From positions 1 through 64,000 of the IMG/VR virus record IMGVR_UViG_3300042090_000199: a stretch of 64,000 nt of DNA; one strand, written 5' to 3'. Of the stretch, positions 8,386 to 16,748 are shown piece after piece. The stretch comes from a virus. A program made the position numbers and the translations under genes. Under the pieces are notes generated by a model. It had not been told where the DNA came from. It saw only the letters and a program-made list of their open reading frames with translations, and did no database searches. Numbering within the stretch: the stretch's first letter is position 1; each line of letters starts with the position of its first letter.

Positions 8386-8457
8386 TCGCGTGACGGTCAG
8401 CGGCGGGACGCCCAGCCCGCCGCTTGGCCGCCGGTGATCAATCGGAAGGGAGAAAGT

Positions 8458-8697
8458 ATGGCACTACCCATAAAACTCATAGGTCATGCTAGGAGGCTAA
8501 ACAAAGCTCTGTCGGATGCTAAGGCTAGTATTCCGGCGGAGCTTGATAATCTCCAGCGCATCGTAGATAGGATGAGAGGCCCTATGGGGTCTTGCAGTCC
8601 TGCAACTATTGCTAGCCTACGTCAAGCAATAAACCGGATAGACGCCGCGATTAGCGAAGTCGAAGGCGCGGTAGACGCAATCCAGGACGAGGCGTAG
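8458..8697 (+). CDS. Small helical hypothetical protein
   Basis: RBS GAAGGGAG. Confidence 0.7.
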   Translation: MALPIKLIGHARRLNKALSDAKASIPAELDNLQRIVDRMRGPMGSCSPATIASLRQAINRIDAAISEVEGAVDAIQDEA

Positions 8698-8724
8698 TAT
8701 GACGTTCTAGAAGGGAGAACGCGA

Positions 8725-8934
8725 ATGTGCATACACGATGGCATGAACGAAGACTGCCCAGGAAAAGGCTGTCCTTGTCCTTGCATGAACTGCCTCATGG
8801 GCCCGAAGATGTACCAAGTTAAGGTCATCGACGAGAACGGTGTTCAGCAGGGCGAAGCCAAGATGATGACCGAGGAGGAGCTCGACGATCTCGAAGACGG
8901 CCTACCAGAGGACTGGACGGTCGAGTATGTCTAG
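8725..8934 (+). CDS. Small Cys-rich protein
   Basis: RBS GAAGGGAG; CPGKGCPCPCMNC. Confidence 0.75.
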   Translation: MCIHDGMNEDCPGKGCPCPCMNCLMGPKMYQVKVIDENGVQQGEAKMMTEEELDDLEDGLPEDWTVEYV

Positions 8935-9316
8935 GGTTATCATCCTGTCGTTCCGAGACAACGATGTTGCGGAGCACTTCGCACGTCAAGTTCTCGAAGG
9001 ACAAGAGAACGCCATGTGCTCGGTCTTGCCTGCGACAGGTGTCAAGATCGAGGCACTGATCGCACGTCCTACACAGAAGTGCAAAGGACCTCATCGCGTC
9101 CCTGGTAAGCTCAGGTCGCAGATGGGCTGGAGCCGTACGAGGCGTTACGGCTGGTGGGTCTGTAGCGTCTGCAACAAGTGCGCGCCGAAGGTCGTTCGTG
9201 ACTTCATCACGAACATGATCGGTGGGTACAACAATCTCCTGACGGAGCTGACAGGCGAAAACCCAGAAGAACCAGCTCCTTGGTACCGATACAGAAGGCC
9301 ATACGGGACATTATGA
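8927..9316 (+). CDS. Hypothetical protein; last sense codon is TTA
   Basis: 8-nt overlap upstream; ends ACA TTA TGA. Confidence 0.8.
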   Translation: MSRVIILSFRDNDVAEHFARQVLEGQENAMCSVLPATGVKIEALIARPTQKCKGPHRVPGKLRSQMGWSRTRRYGWWVCSVCNKCAPKVVRDFITNMIGGYNNLLTELTGENPEEPAPWYRYRRPYGTL

Positions 9317-9651
9317 GCAAGCTCGGGACGATCTATCTTCTCCACTGGGATGGTCGTCTCGGCTCTGGTGCTCCGCGTAATCAAGCCTGGCATTACACAG
9401 GCTGGTACAGGTCTGAGAGTCGTATCGACCATCACAGAAACGGTACATCAGACGTTGCAATCGTGAACGCCTTCCTAAGAGCTGGATTCGGATTCGTTAT
9501 TGCACGGACACGAGAAGGTACTAAGGAAGACGAACGTCGAATCAAGAATGCAGGTGGGGCTCGACGATACTGCCCTATCTGTACAGAACACCCAAGGGAA
9601 GGTGTATGGGGTGTATTACACGGAAGTGTTCCTAAGAGGCATAGGCAATAG
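9313..9651 (+). CDS. GIY-YIG-like endonuclease (would end at 9618 if TTA terminates)
   Basis: TIYLL...HYTG...RIDHHRNG...ERRIK. Confidence 0.7.
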   Translation: MSKLGTIYLLHWDGRLGSGAPRNQAWHYTGWYRSESRIDHHRNGTSDVAIVNAFLRAGFGFVIARTREGTKEDERRIKNAGGARRYCPICTEHPREGVWGVLHGSVPKRHRQ

Positions 9652-9901
9652 CCTCTACTGGATGGGAATAACTGATCCTAGCCTAGCAGGCTACAACGAC
9701 GAAGACCCTGACGACCATTTCGTCTGGGTCTCCGCAGGTACCGGAGAGATCCACCTGAGCAACGAAGGTTGCTGGTGGCTCCACTGGGATCAAACGCACG
9801 GCGTCGATGACGAAAAGGAACTTACAGTGCCTGTCACAGAAGATCCTGCAGTCATAGCTCGGTGGCTTCTTGATCAGATCCCTCAGTTCGAGAAGCAGTA
9901 G
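9611..9901 (+). CDS. Hypothetical protein
   Basis: GTG start 8 nt after AGGGAAGG. Confidence 0.7.
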   Translation: MYYTEVFLRGIGNSLYWMGITDPSLAGYNDEDPDDHFVWVSAGTGEIHLSNEGCWWLHWDQTHGVDDEKELTVPVTEDPAVIARWLLDQIPQFEKQ

Positions 9902-9904
9902 ATC

Positions 9905-10168
9905 ATGGCACTCGAAGTCGTCGAAGTAGACGGCGAACACGTTACGTACTCGATTACAGAGGCTACCGACAAGTTCTCGATCGGTTATCTCGACCTCGTA
10001 TTCGAGATATGCACAGACGGAGACATGACCATTTACAACCCCCTGTCCAAGAAGCGCCTCTGGGTAGCTTCTGGTCTGGCACAAGACACGAACATCTACG
10101 ACGCTATGACACGCGTAATAAGAGTAGCCAAGGAACTGAAGTTCCTCGGCGACCCCGACGAAGACTAG
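9905..10168 (+). CDS. Hypothetical protein
   Basis: ORF track. Confidence 0.75.
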   Translation: MALEVVEVDGEHVTYSITEATDKFSIGYLDLVFEICTDGDMTIYNPLSKKRLWVASGLAQDTNIYDAMTRVIRVAKELKFLGDPDED

Positions 10169-10187
10169 CGTTGACGAAGACTAGCGT

Positions 10188-10224
10188 TAGAGACGCCGTC
10201 TGTCTCGGCAGACGGCATCTCTTT
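10188..10224 (+). terminator. Intrinsic terminator-like hairpin
   Basis: AGAGACGCCGTCTG/CAGACGGCATCTCT followed by T residues, just before the next promoter. Confidence 0.65.
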
Positions 10225-10248
10225 GCTAAAACTTTGCGATTTTTTCCC

Positions 10249-10278
10249 TTGCGTTTGCTTATCGTCATCATTTATAAT
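10249..10278 (+). promoter_or_regulatory. Phage promoter TTGCGT-N18-TATAAT
   Basis: Recurring promoter geometry. Confidence 0.8.
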
Positions 10279-10315
10279 TAAGAAAGAAAAAAGAATGAAA
10301 GGAGGTACTGGTCTC

Positions 10316-10636
10316 TTGAGGCTGTCGATGCAGGACATTTATGAAGCTGTCAATGATCCACTATGGCAGCATTTCAGGAAGTCCCTAAAAGGTGTCTCCA
10401 CGGAAGCCAAGATAGGCAAGCTCAAGGAATACCTGAAAGACGTTGGACCGTTTGATAGCAGAGACTTTGACTCGACCAAGCCTTACATTCGAGTCCAGAA
10501 CTACATTAACGCACTTTCCAGAGGCGGGCAGATAGAGCCTACAGATCGGTCGCTATCTGTCCGGAGGCAACTAGAAGAGGTAGTAATCAAAAGGTTACAG
10601 TCTCTTCCCAACGAAAATGGAAGGAGGTACCAGTGA
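10316..10636 (+). CDS. Hypothetical protein (would end at 10597 if TTA terminates)
   Basis: RBS AAGGAGG, TTG start (alternatives 10295/10328); in-frame TTA at 10595. Confidence 0.75.
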   Translation: MRLSMQDIYEAVNDPLWQHFRKSLKGVSTEAKIGKLKEYLKDVGPFDSRDFDSTKPYIRVQNYINALSRGGQIEPTDRSLSVRRQLEEVVIKRLQSLPNENGRRYQ

Positions 10637-11877
10637 CTAACACAAAGGAAATCGAAGGTCTAACCAACAACCTAGCTGCTGCATTCACTCCCAGAGAAGG
10701 TAGCAACCAAGTTCCGGCTAGGCTTCACGAAGCTGCGGTAGAGCTCGACAAGATGATGACGTCTAAAGAGCCCTGTCCGCTAGATGTCGTACGTGAATTC
10801 GTAGGACGTTTCGTCTACGCAAGCGACGCCGAGCTAGACATTCTTACTGTCTGGATCGCGCACACTTACGTGTTCCAAGCGTACTACGCGACTCCTCGTC
10901 TGGCAGTCATGGCGCCTATGAAAGAGGCAGGCAAGACAACTGTCCTCAACATGATCGCAGCCCTCGGCAAGAATGCGATCGTAACTATGAACGCGTCAGC
11001 GGCAGCGCTGTACGCGATCATCGATCAGGAGCACCCCACGATCGCTTTCGACGAGACGGACAACATGTGGGGCCCAACTGGGCAAGGTAGCAGATACCGT
11101 GAGCAACTGTCGATCCTCAACAACGGGTACACGCAGGACGGCTTCGTCCTGAGGAGTCGGAGCGGCAGCGCGTATAAGTACCCTGTCTTCGTGTGTGCTG
11201 CGTTCGCAGGTATCGGCAAGCTGCCAGACACGCTCGCGAGTCGGAGCATTCCGATCAACATGAGGCCGGTGCCAGACACTGTCGACCTGCAGGAGTACGA
11301 GCCAGATCTGTTCCGAGGCGAGGCAGCGAGGGTCGCGGAGATCCTTCAGTCCTGGCTGGCAGAACGGGGACCAGAGCTCGACCTCCAACCAGATATGCCC
11401 GAAGGTCTTAGGTCACGCAGACGTCAGATCATGAAGGTCATGATCGGAATAGGCGACCTAGCAGGACCAGACTGGAGTGCTCGAATCCGTCAGGCTTGCA
11501 GAGAGGTAGTCCTCGGCATTTCACGGACTGCCAAGGTCAGCCCTGCGGAAGAGCTCATCAGGATCGTCACGTCTGTCACAGGACAAGGGATCTTCCTACC
11601 GACAGGCGACTTGATCGCCCTACTCAAGATCCAGCGAGACCACGACAACAAGATCTCGTGGGCGACTTGGCTGGACAACCCGATTATCGCGGCGCGTCAG
11701 ATCGCCAACATTCTCAAGCCGTACGGAATCGAGACTCAGCAGAAGTGGCTCGACGGTGAAAACCGTAGAGGCTACAACACCAGTGACTTCCATATGTGGG
11801 CGCAAGCTCGCGCGGCCAAGGAAGAACCGCAGGTCGTCGTAGACGAAGATCCTGACGAGGAGGACGAAGCCGAATGA
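10633..11877 (+). CDS. DUF3631-like P-loop protein (primase-associated helicase-like)
   Basis: WIAHTY..TPRL, Walker A-like APMKEAGKTT, Walker B IAFDETD, TLASRSI, C-terminal RRGY. Confidence 0.75.
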   Translation: MTNTKEIEGLTNNLAAAFTPREGSNQVPARLHEAAVELDKMMTSKEPCPLDVVREFVGRFVYASDAELDILTVWIAHTYVFQAYYATPRLAVMAPMKEAGKTTVLNMIAALGKNAIVTMNASAAALYAIIDQEHPTIAFDETDNMWGPTGQGSRYREQLSILNNGYTQDGFVLRSRSGSAYKYPVFVCAAFAGIGKLPDTLASRSIPINMRPVPDTVDLQEYEPDLFRGEAARVAEILQSWLAERGPELDLQPDMPEGLRSRRRQIMKVMIGIGDLAGPDWSARIRQACREVVLGISRTAKVSPAEELIRIVTSVTGQGIFLPTGDLIALLKIQRDHDNKISWATWLDNPIIAARQIANILKPYGIETQQKWLDGENRRGYNTSDFHMWAQARAAKEEPQVVVDEDPDEEDEAE

Positions 11878-12032
11878 TCCAGATTCGAGTGTTCTACTCG
11901 GACAACTTCATCCACGCCTCGAATTCCTACGTAGCACCAAGGAAGGTCACTGTGGTCGACCTTGAGCGTTACTTCAAGCAGTTTAACAAATACGGCTGGT
12001 CAGCTTGGGCTGAGATCGAAGTCGTATCATGA
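11874..12032 (+). CDS. Small hypothetical protein (MIQIRVFY...)
   Basis: ATGA overlaps at both ends. Confidence 0.7.
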   Translation: MIQIRVFYSDNFIHASNSYVAPRKVTVVDLERYFKQFNKYGWSAWAEIEVVS

Positions 12033-12229
12033 GTTACGAAGCAGTAAGCAGTCCGAACGCTCCGAGACCGGACGACCCTCTGGTCATTAGCATATCGGAA
12101 GGTCTGGCTGCGATAGCACGTAACTACGTGCGAGAAGGTTCCGGCCCGGGGTCTCGCTTCGAAGGGCGCCTACTTGAGGACGTCCAGGCAGAGTGGGTCG
12201 TGAGGGGGTTCAGAAGCAATGGGGCATGA
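12029..12229 (+). CDS. Hypothetical protein
   Basis: ATGA overlap. Confidence 0.7.
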   Translation: MSYEAVSSPNAPRPDDPLVISISEGLAAIARNYVREGSGPGSRFEGRLLEDVQAEWVVRGFRSNGA

Positions 12230-12554
12230 CTATCACCAAGGGCAGCCGAACTACAACCGGAAGCAGCTGTTTCATGATGGCTGTACCGAGTGTAAGCTAC
12301 GTGCAGAGAACCCCTCGTTCCTGTTCGACCATGTCGACATGCGAGAAGCATGGGCTCGAGCCATCAAGCTAGGCAAAGGCGAACTAGAAGACCATGATCT
12401 TCCGATCAGTGACATCGAGCAGCCAGTCCTGCGGATGCTGTGGTCCATGATCATAGGTCTCGAACGCCACGGACTCCCTATCGGGTCTTATCCACCAGAT
12501 GTAGCGGTAGTTCTAGGTCGTGCACGTCAGATCCTAGAGGACATTAAGAACTAG
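12219..12554 (+). CDS. Hypothetical protein
   Basis: ORF track; HDGCTEC motif. Confidence 0.75.
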   Translation: MGHDYHQGQPNYNRKQLFHDGCTECKLRAENPSFLFDHVDMREAWARAIKLGKGELEDHDLPISDIEQPVLRMLWSMIIGLERHGLPIGSYPPDVAVVLGRARQILEDIKN

Positions 12555-12580
12555 TACGAACACACAGAAAGAACCCGGCT

Positions 12581-13048
12581 ATGGCATCAAAAGTTATCAG
12601 GATCGAATTCCGAGGAGCGCACAAGTGCTTTAACCAGCTGCGCTCGAACAACAACCGAGGCCTCATAGCGGCCTACAGGTTCGGCGAGATCATGATGGTT
12701 CTGAACAGGCAGGGCTTTACGCTCGACGAGCTCGGCGCAGAATTCGACCGCAAGGCCAGAACGATCTCCATGTACATCAAGCTGTTCAAGATGTACGAGG
12801 ACGAGCAGGCACTGCTCTCAACGGCAGACAAGATGAAGACCTGGAGCGTCTCGCGTCTCACCGGCAACACCGCGGTCGAGCTCATGGTCTTCCTCTACCA
12901 CTGCAGCAACTGCGGTGCCAAGGGCGACGACATCGTCAAGACCAAGAGGCGGAAGGACGAAGTCGAAGCCGAGAAGGAACTAGCCGACGCAGCTACCGGC
13001 GCTACTACGGTCGAGTTCAAGGCGCCCGAATACAAGCAGGCGAACTAG
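12581..13048 (+). CDS. HTH plus Zn-ribbon protein, putative regulator
   Basis: GFTLDELGAEFDRKARTISMYIK helix-turn-helix pattern; CSNC. Confidence 0.6.
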   Translation: MASKVIRIEFRGAHKCFNQLRSNNNRGLIAAYRFGEIMMVLNRQGFTLDELGAEFDRKARTISMYIKLFKMYEDEQALLSTADKMKTWSVSRLTGNTAVELMVFLYHCSNCGAKGDDIVKTKRRKDEVEAEKELADAATGATTVEFKAPEYKQAN

Positions 13049-13281
13049 TGGACTCGATTAAGGCAGCTTTCGCAGCCGACATTCAGGAGCTCGTCAAGAA
13101 GGCTGTCGAAGACAAAGATACGGCCGTTCCTGACGGGTTTCCTAGGCTCAGCGATCAGTTCACAGATGTCGTCGCAATAGAGTATCAGCGCATCTCCGAT
13201 CTTGTAGGAGTAGTGCGAATCAACGGTGTATCAGGTAGAGGGCCTCGCTACTTCGAAGTCATCGTGAAGGAACGTTACTAG
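13048..13281 (+). CDS. Hypothetical protein
   Basis: TAGTG coupling. Confidence 0.7.
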   Translation: MDSIKAAFAADIQELVKKAVEDKDTAVPDGFPRLSDQFTDVVAIEYQRISDLVGVVRINGVSGRGPRYFEVIVKERY

Positions 13282-13322
13282 AGCCGTCGAGGCAGAGGCG
13301 AAACTCGCTCGATGCCTATAAT

Positions 13323-13580
13323 TAAAGATATCCAACCACAGAACGGAAGGAGGTGAGGCTCCTAGATATCCTAATAGTCAAAGGCTAGTAGTCTCAGAAA
13401 TCCAACTAGTAACCGGAGCAACAAATCATCCCACCGCTGGAAGTATACGCGGGGATGCAGCTAGGCTCACAGGCACCGTGGCCTGTGAGGGTGCCACACG
13501 AACAAGGGTTCGCGGACACCCAAACCATGCCAGCGCTACCCGACTGGCCACGCAGCATCAACAGGAACAGGGAAGGTACA
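13323..13580 (+). ncRNA. Candidate structured RNA or long leader
   Basis: TATAAT at 13317-13322 followed by a run of hairpins and no good ORF. Confidence 0.4.
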
Positions 13581-13582
13581 TA

Positions 13583-13693
13583 ATGGTCCGAGGCGCGAGC
13601 AACTCGCAGGGCCCAGATCCCGCCCAGAGTGACTGGGAACTCCAGGAACTCCGCAAGGCTCAGACCGACACCTGGACGCTGCAGGGTCTCTAA
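13583..13693 (+). CDS. Small peptide (36 aa, MVRGASNSQ...)
   Basis: RBS GGGAAGG; coding-like GC3. Confidence 0.55.
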   Translation: MVRGASNSQGPDPAQSDWELQELRKAQTDTWTLQGL

Positions 13694-13791
13694 CCCTTAG
13701 CAGTCCTCAAGACTCCGGGGCGCCTGGAGACAGGCGTCCCGGTTTGGGGCGCAACTAGCGCCTGTAGTAACAACTGAAAGGAACCCGATCC

Positions 13792-14829
13792 ATGATTGGG
13801 AAGAAGAGGAAGCTGGTAGTAGGTGCGATCATCGCGGTCGTCATCGCTATCGTCGCTGCCGTCATCGGTTCCAACCGAGCAACTGCAGCGCCTATCTACG
13901 GCGATACGTCGGCCACGGTGAGTCCTTTCACCTTGACCGATCACGGACCTCACGTGAGTACGCCGACGCCTCTGACGACGCCAGTGACCGTCCTGCCTGC
14001 GAGCATCCAGTTTCAGGCGATCGGGACGCCGCCCTTCCTCGGGGCGGATACCTGGCAGGTCAGTCCGGCGACGCTGGATGGCTACGCACTCCAGATCAAC
14101 AGCGCAGGTCTCCTGACCCTGACGCCGATCAGTGGAGCGACGCAGACCATCGGGGCTGGTGCTATCGCGGTTTCGGCGACTGACGTCCTCGGCGCGACGG
14201 GGCTGGATACCGTCACTATCGGGTTCGTCGACGCCACACACTCCAGCCTGACACAGGTGTCACACAACCTGCTGAACAACATCTTCGGCCTGAACAACAA
14301 CGCCAACGGCCAGGTCGACTTCTCACTGGTACCGACGCCCGCTCCGGCCGTAACCTGGTCGGCAGGGAACCTGCCCAACGGCACGGCGATGGCATCGAAC
14401 GGTATCCTGACGGCGACGAGCTCGATCCCCGGCGCCTACAATGAGGTGCCTGTGAGGGCTACAGACAGTGGCGGGGCAACAGCCGTCGCGGTCGTGGACC
14501 TGACTATCAAGGGTGCGATCGTCGGTAACGATACGCCGAGGCTGTCGCATGGGTATGCGGTTGCGGGAATCAACAGTTCCCGTGAGAACGTGTTCTACGA
14601 GCAGGACGGGTCGCCGTCCTGGGACCACTTCACCATCGTGGGCCCCGGCGCGATCAACGGTCACCAGGGTTGGGTTCACGGCCAGCTCGGACTGAACGAA
14701 GCGGTCTACGGAGGCCTGCTGGCGGGTCACGGTTACACCGTGTTCTACCAGCCGGTGACCGGACCAGGCTCGACCACGCCGTGGCCGGGTGCACACTGGG
14801 GCTACGTCTACTTCATTAGCGGACGATAG
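13792..14829 (+). CDS. Secreted protein with putative Ig-like (He_PIG-type) domains
   Basis: Signal peptide KKRK + hydrophobic + ATA|A; WSAGNLPNG...GILTAT...GAY...VRATDSGG. Confidence 0.75.
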   Translation: MIGKKRKLVVGAIIAVVIAIVAAVIGSNRATAAPIYGDTSATVSPFTLTDHGPHVSTPTPLTTPVTVLPASIQFQAIGTPPFLGADTWQVSPATLDGYALQINSAGLLTLTPISGATQTIGAGAIAVSATDVLGATGLDTVTIGFVDATHSSLTQVSHNLLNNIFGLNNNANGQVDFSLVPTPAPAVTWSAGNLPNGTAMASNGILTATSSIPGAYNEVPVRATDSGGATAVAVVDLTIKGAIVGNDTPRLSHGYAVAGINSSRENVFYEQDGSPSWDHFTIVGPGAINGHQGWVHGQLGLNEAVYGGLLAGHGYTVFYQPVTGPGSTTPWPGAHWGYVYFISGR

Positions 14830-14839
14830 TTACCTGAAC

Positions 14840-14955
14840 GTCCTGTCCGAGCCGTACGGCGCGGGAACGCCTTACGAGGCGGCTCGGGCAGGGCCTTGAG
14901 GTAACTATGGCAGTTGCCTTGAATGTCCTGTTCAGTTCTGGGTGCTGAACAGGGC
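14840..14955 (+). repeat. Two GTCCTG...CAGGGC hairpin units (14840-14894, 14925-14955)
   Basis: Same termini and upstream AAC/AAT as the 16.5 kb array. Confidence 0.8.
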
Positions 14956-14988
14956 TTTGAGGGCATTCTACAAAGGGAGGAACAAATA

Positions 14989-15312
14989 ATGACTAACTAC
15001 TACCCGAATAAGGACCGTACTGTACGTCTAGGGCGTCCACCAGCCTATCCTTGGAAAGAGTGGACTGACGGCACAGAGCGTCTTCTGGTTGAAGGGAAAG
15101 ACTTCCGGTGCATGGCTGAAAGCTTCGCCCTTCTAGCACGACGTACTGCACGTGTTCGAGGACTCCATGTGACAGTTTCTACCATAGCCGTTCCGAAGAG
15201 TGCAAAGACTCCGCTAGAGGTCAAAGTGAACGACGAACCTCAAAACCTTCAGCCAGGTAACACCTACGTCCTGCTCAAGTTCGAGCGGGAAGAGACTGAT
15301 GATGAGTCATGA
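14989..15312 (+). CDS. Hypothetical protein (MTNYYPNK...)
   Basis: RBS GGGAGG; GRPPAYPWKEWTDG motif. Confidence 0.75.
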   Translation: MTNYYPNKDRTVRLGRPPAYPWKEWTDGTERLLVEGKDFRCMAESFALLARRTARVRGLHVTVSTIAVPKSAKTPLEVKVNDEPQNLQPGNTYVLLKFEREETDDES

Positions 15313-15731
15313 CCATCGAAGTAGACCAGGATAAGTTCCGAGGCACTTGCCAGAACTATCGACACGGCCTAAGTTCGGACTACACCTGCCGCGTAGTACG
15401 ACCTGAAAACGGTCCTCTGAAGGTGTGCAGTAATTGTACTACATGGAGTATTACGGACGTTATCTACGAGGACTTGTACAAGGTCAGGATAGCGCAGACC
15501 TACGACTGGTGGCGCAGTGAGTTTATCAGGACAGGGCATTCTTACGCCAAGGACCGAATGACTGACCTGTATGCGGAACCTGTCACTACAGTAGCTGTCA
15601 AGGAGCCTATGCAAGTTCCAGTTAAGAGGCAGCCACCATCGTATCTATCCGTCGAAGACTCTGTCAGGGTAATACTGCTCTTCATCATAATCGTAGCCTT
15701 GTTCGTCGGGGTGTTCGTCGCGGTACTCTAG
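15309..15731 (+). CDS. C-terminally anchored membrane protein
   Basis: ATGA overlap; terminal hydrophobic helix. Confidence 0.75.
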   Translation: MTIEVDQDKFRGTCQNYRHGLSSDYTCRVVRPENGPLKVCSNCTTWSITDVIYEDLYKVRIAQTYDWWRSEFIRTGHSYAKDRMTDLYAEPVTTVAVKEPMQVPVKRQPPSYLSVEDSVRVILLFIIIVALFVGVFVAVL

Positions 15732-15781
15732 TCACAAACACAGTCTGCGAAAATTCAAGAATTTTTCCCCTCAGTAGCCTC

Positions 15782-15811
15782 TTGCAAGCCTCTTGAGGCT
15801 GCAGCTATAAT
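15782..15811 (+). promoter_or_regulatory. Phage promoter TTGCAA-N18-TATAAT
   Basis: Recurring geometry; would also drive the downstream RNA array. Confidence 0.8.
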
Positions 15812-15861
15812 ATTAACATACGCAGAAATGTGAAGCAGACTAGGGACAACAGGAGCTGATC

Positions 15862-16473
15862 ATGGCAAGCAGGCGTAGAGCCGCTCAACAGCCTGTGTCG
15901 GCGGACGAGCAAGAAGGGACAAACGAGATGACCGAAACTGACTTCGACGAAACCGTCGCTGTCGACGAAAAGCCTGAGCCGACCTACGACGAGCTGAAGG
16001 CTCGCGTCGTCGAGCTCGAGGAGCAGCTGGCCGCGGCAACCAAGTCGAAGACCAAGAAGGACAAGCCGGAGAAGCGCAAGCCTGATCTTCCCGACGGCTA
16101 TATCTCCCCTGTAGCCTTCCGTCACAAGCTGGTGGAGCTCGGCCTGGCCAACGAGAGCATGAGCCCTGTGCAGGTTTACGGGCTGGTACGCAAGGCCTCG
16201 TCCAACGGCATGCCTGTCAAGCACTTCGACAAGGCCGGCAACGTGTACGACGAGATCCAGACGCACCCCGTCACCAACGAGACGCTCACGCGGCCCGGCC
16301 TCATCGAGGAAGACGCTCTCAAGTGGTGGAAGGACCGTCCGAAGCGTCAGCCTGGCCAGCCCAAGCCGAAGACCGAAGGTGAGTCTGCGGACGCCTCCGA
16401 GGACTCGGATCTCGAGGACGCCGCCGCGGCCGAAGACCTTGCGGCGGACGAGGATTTTGACGAGGCCGAGTAG
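15862..16473 (+). CDS. Acidic, probably highly expressed protein; possible distant paralogue of 7774..8385
   Basis: RBS AGGAG; strong GC3 bias. Confidence 0.85.
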   Translation: MASRRRAAQQPVSADEQEGTNEMTETDFDETVAVDEKPEPTYDELKARVVELEEQLAAATKSKTKKDKPEKRKPDLPDGYISPVAFRHKLVELGLANESMSPVQVYGLVRKASSNGMPVKHFDKAGNVYDEIQTHPVTNETLTRPGLIEEDALKWWKDRPKRQPGQPKPKTEGESADASEDSDLEDAAAAEDLAADEDFDEAE

Positions 16474-16478
16474 CAAAC

Positions 16479-16748
16479 GTCCTGTCTGAGTGTTCCTAGG
16501 AATGGCGAGGCTCCGCTCAGACAGGATCCAAACGTCCTGTTCGGACCTGGGGTTTACAGCGGGCACCGAACAGGACCCAGACACCCTGATCTAGAGTCCC
16601 TAATAGGGTTCGTCCCAGTGGTAGGTATCTAGGTCAGGGCCCGAACGTCCTGCTCGGGAAGTGGCAACGATCCGTCTAGGAGCTCCTAGGCGACGACCAC
16701 ACGCCCGAGCAGGACTCAAACGTCCAGCTAGGCGCGTCTAGGACACCA
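16479..16748 (+). ncRNA. Tandem array of five hairpin units with fixed 6-nt linkers (candidate small-RNA array)
   Basis: Stems start at 16479, 16534, 16583, 16647, 16722; linkers CCAAAC, CCAGAC, CCGAAC, TCAAAC; compensatory stem changes. Confidence 0.75.

Noticed and set aside
13345-13400. preQ1 riboswitch
   Set aside because: Only superficial similarity; no closing stem plus A-rich tail, and not upstream of que genes.
16475-16748. CRISPR array
   Set aside because: No direct repeats of 23 nt or more separated by spacers; the constant parts are short inverted termini with variable interiors. No cas operon; the Cas4-like nuclease sits in a typical phage recombination module.
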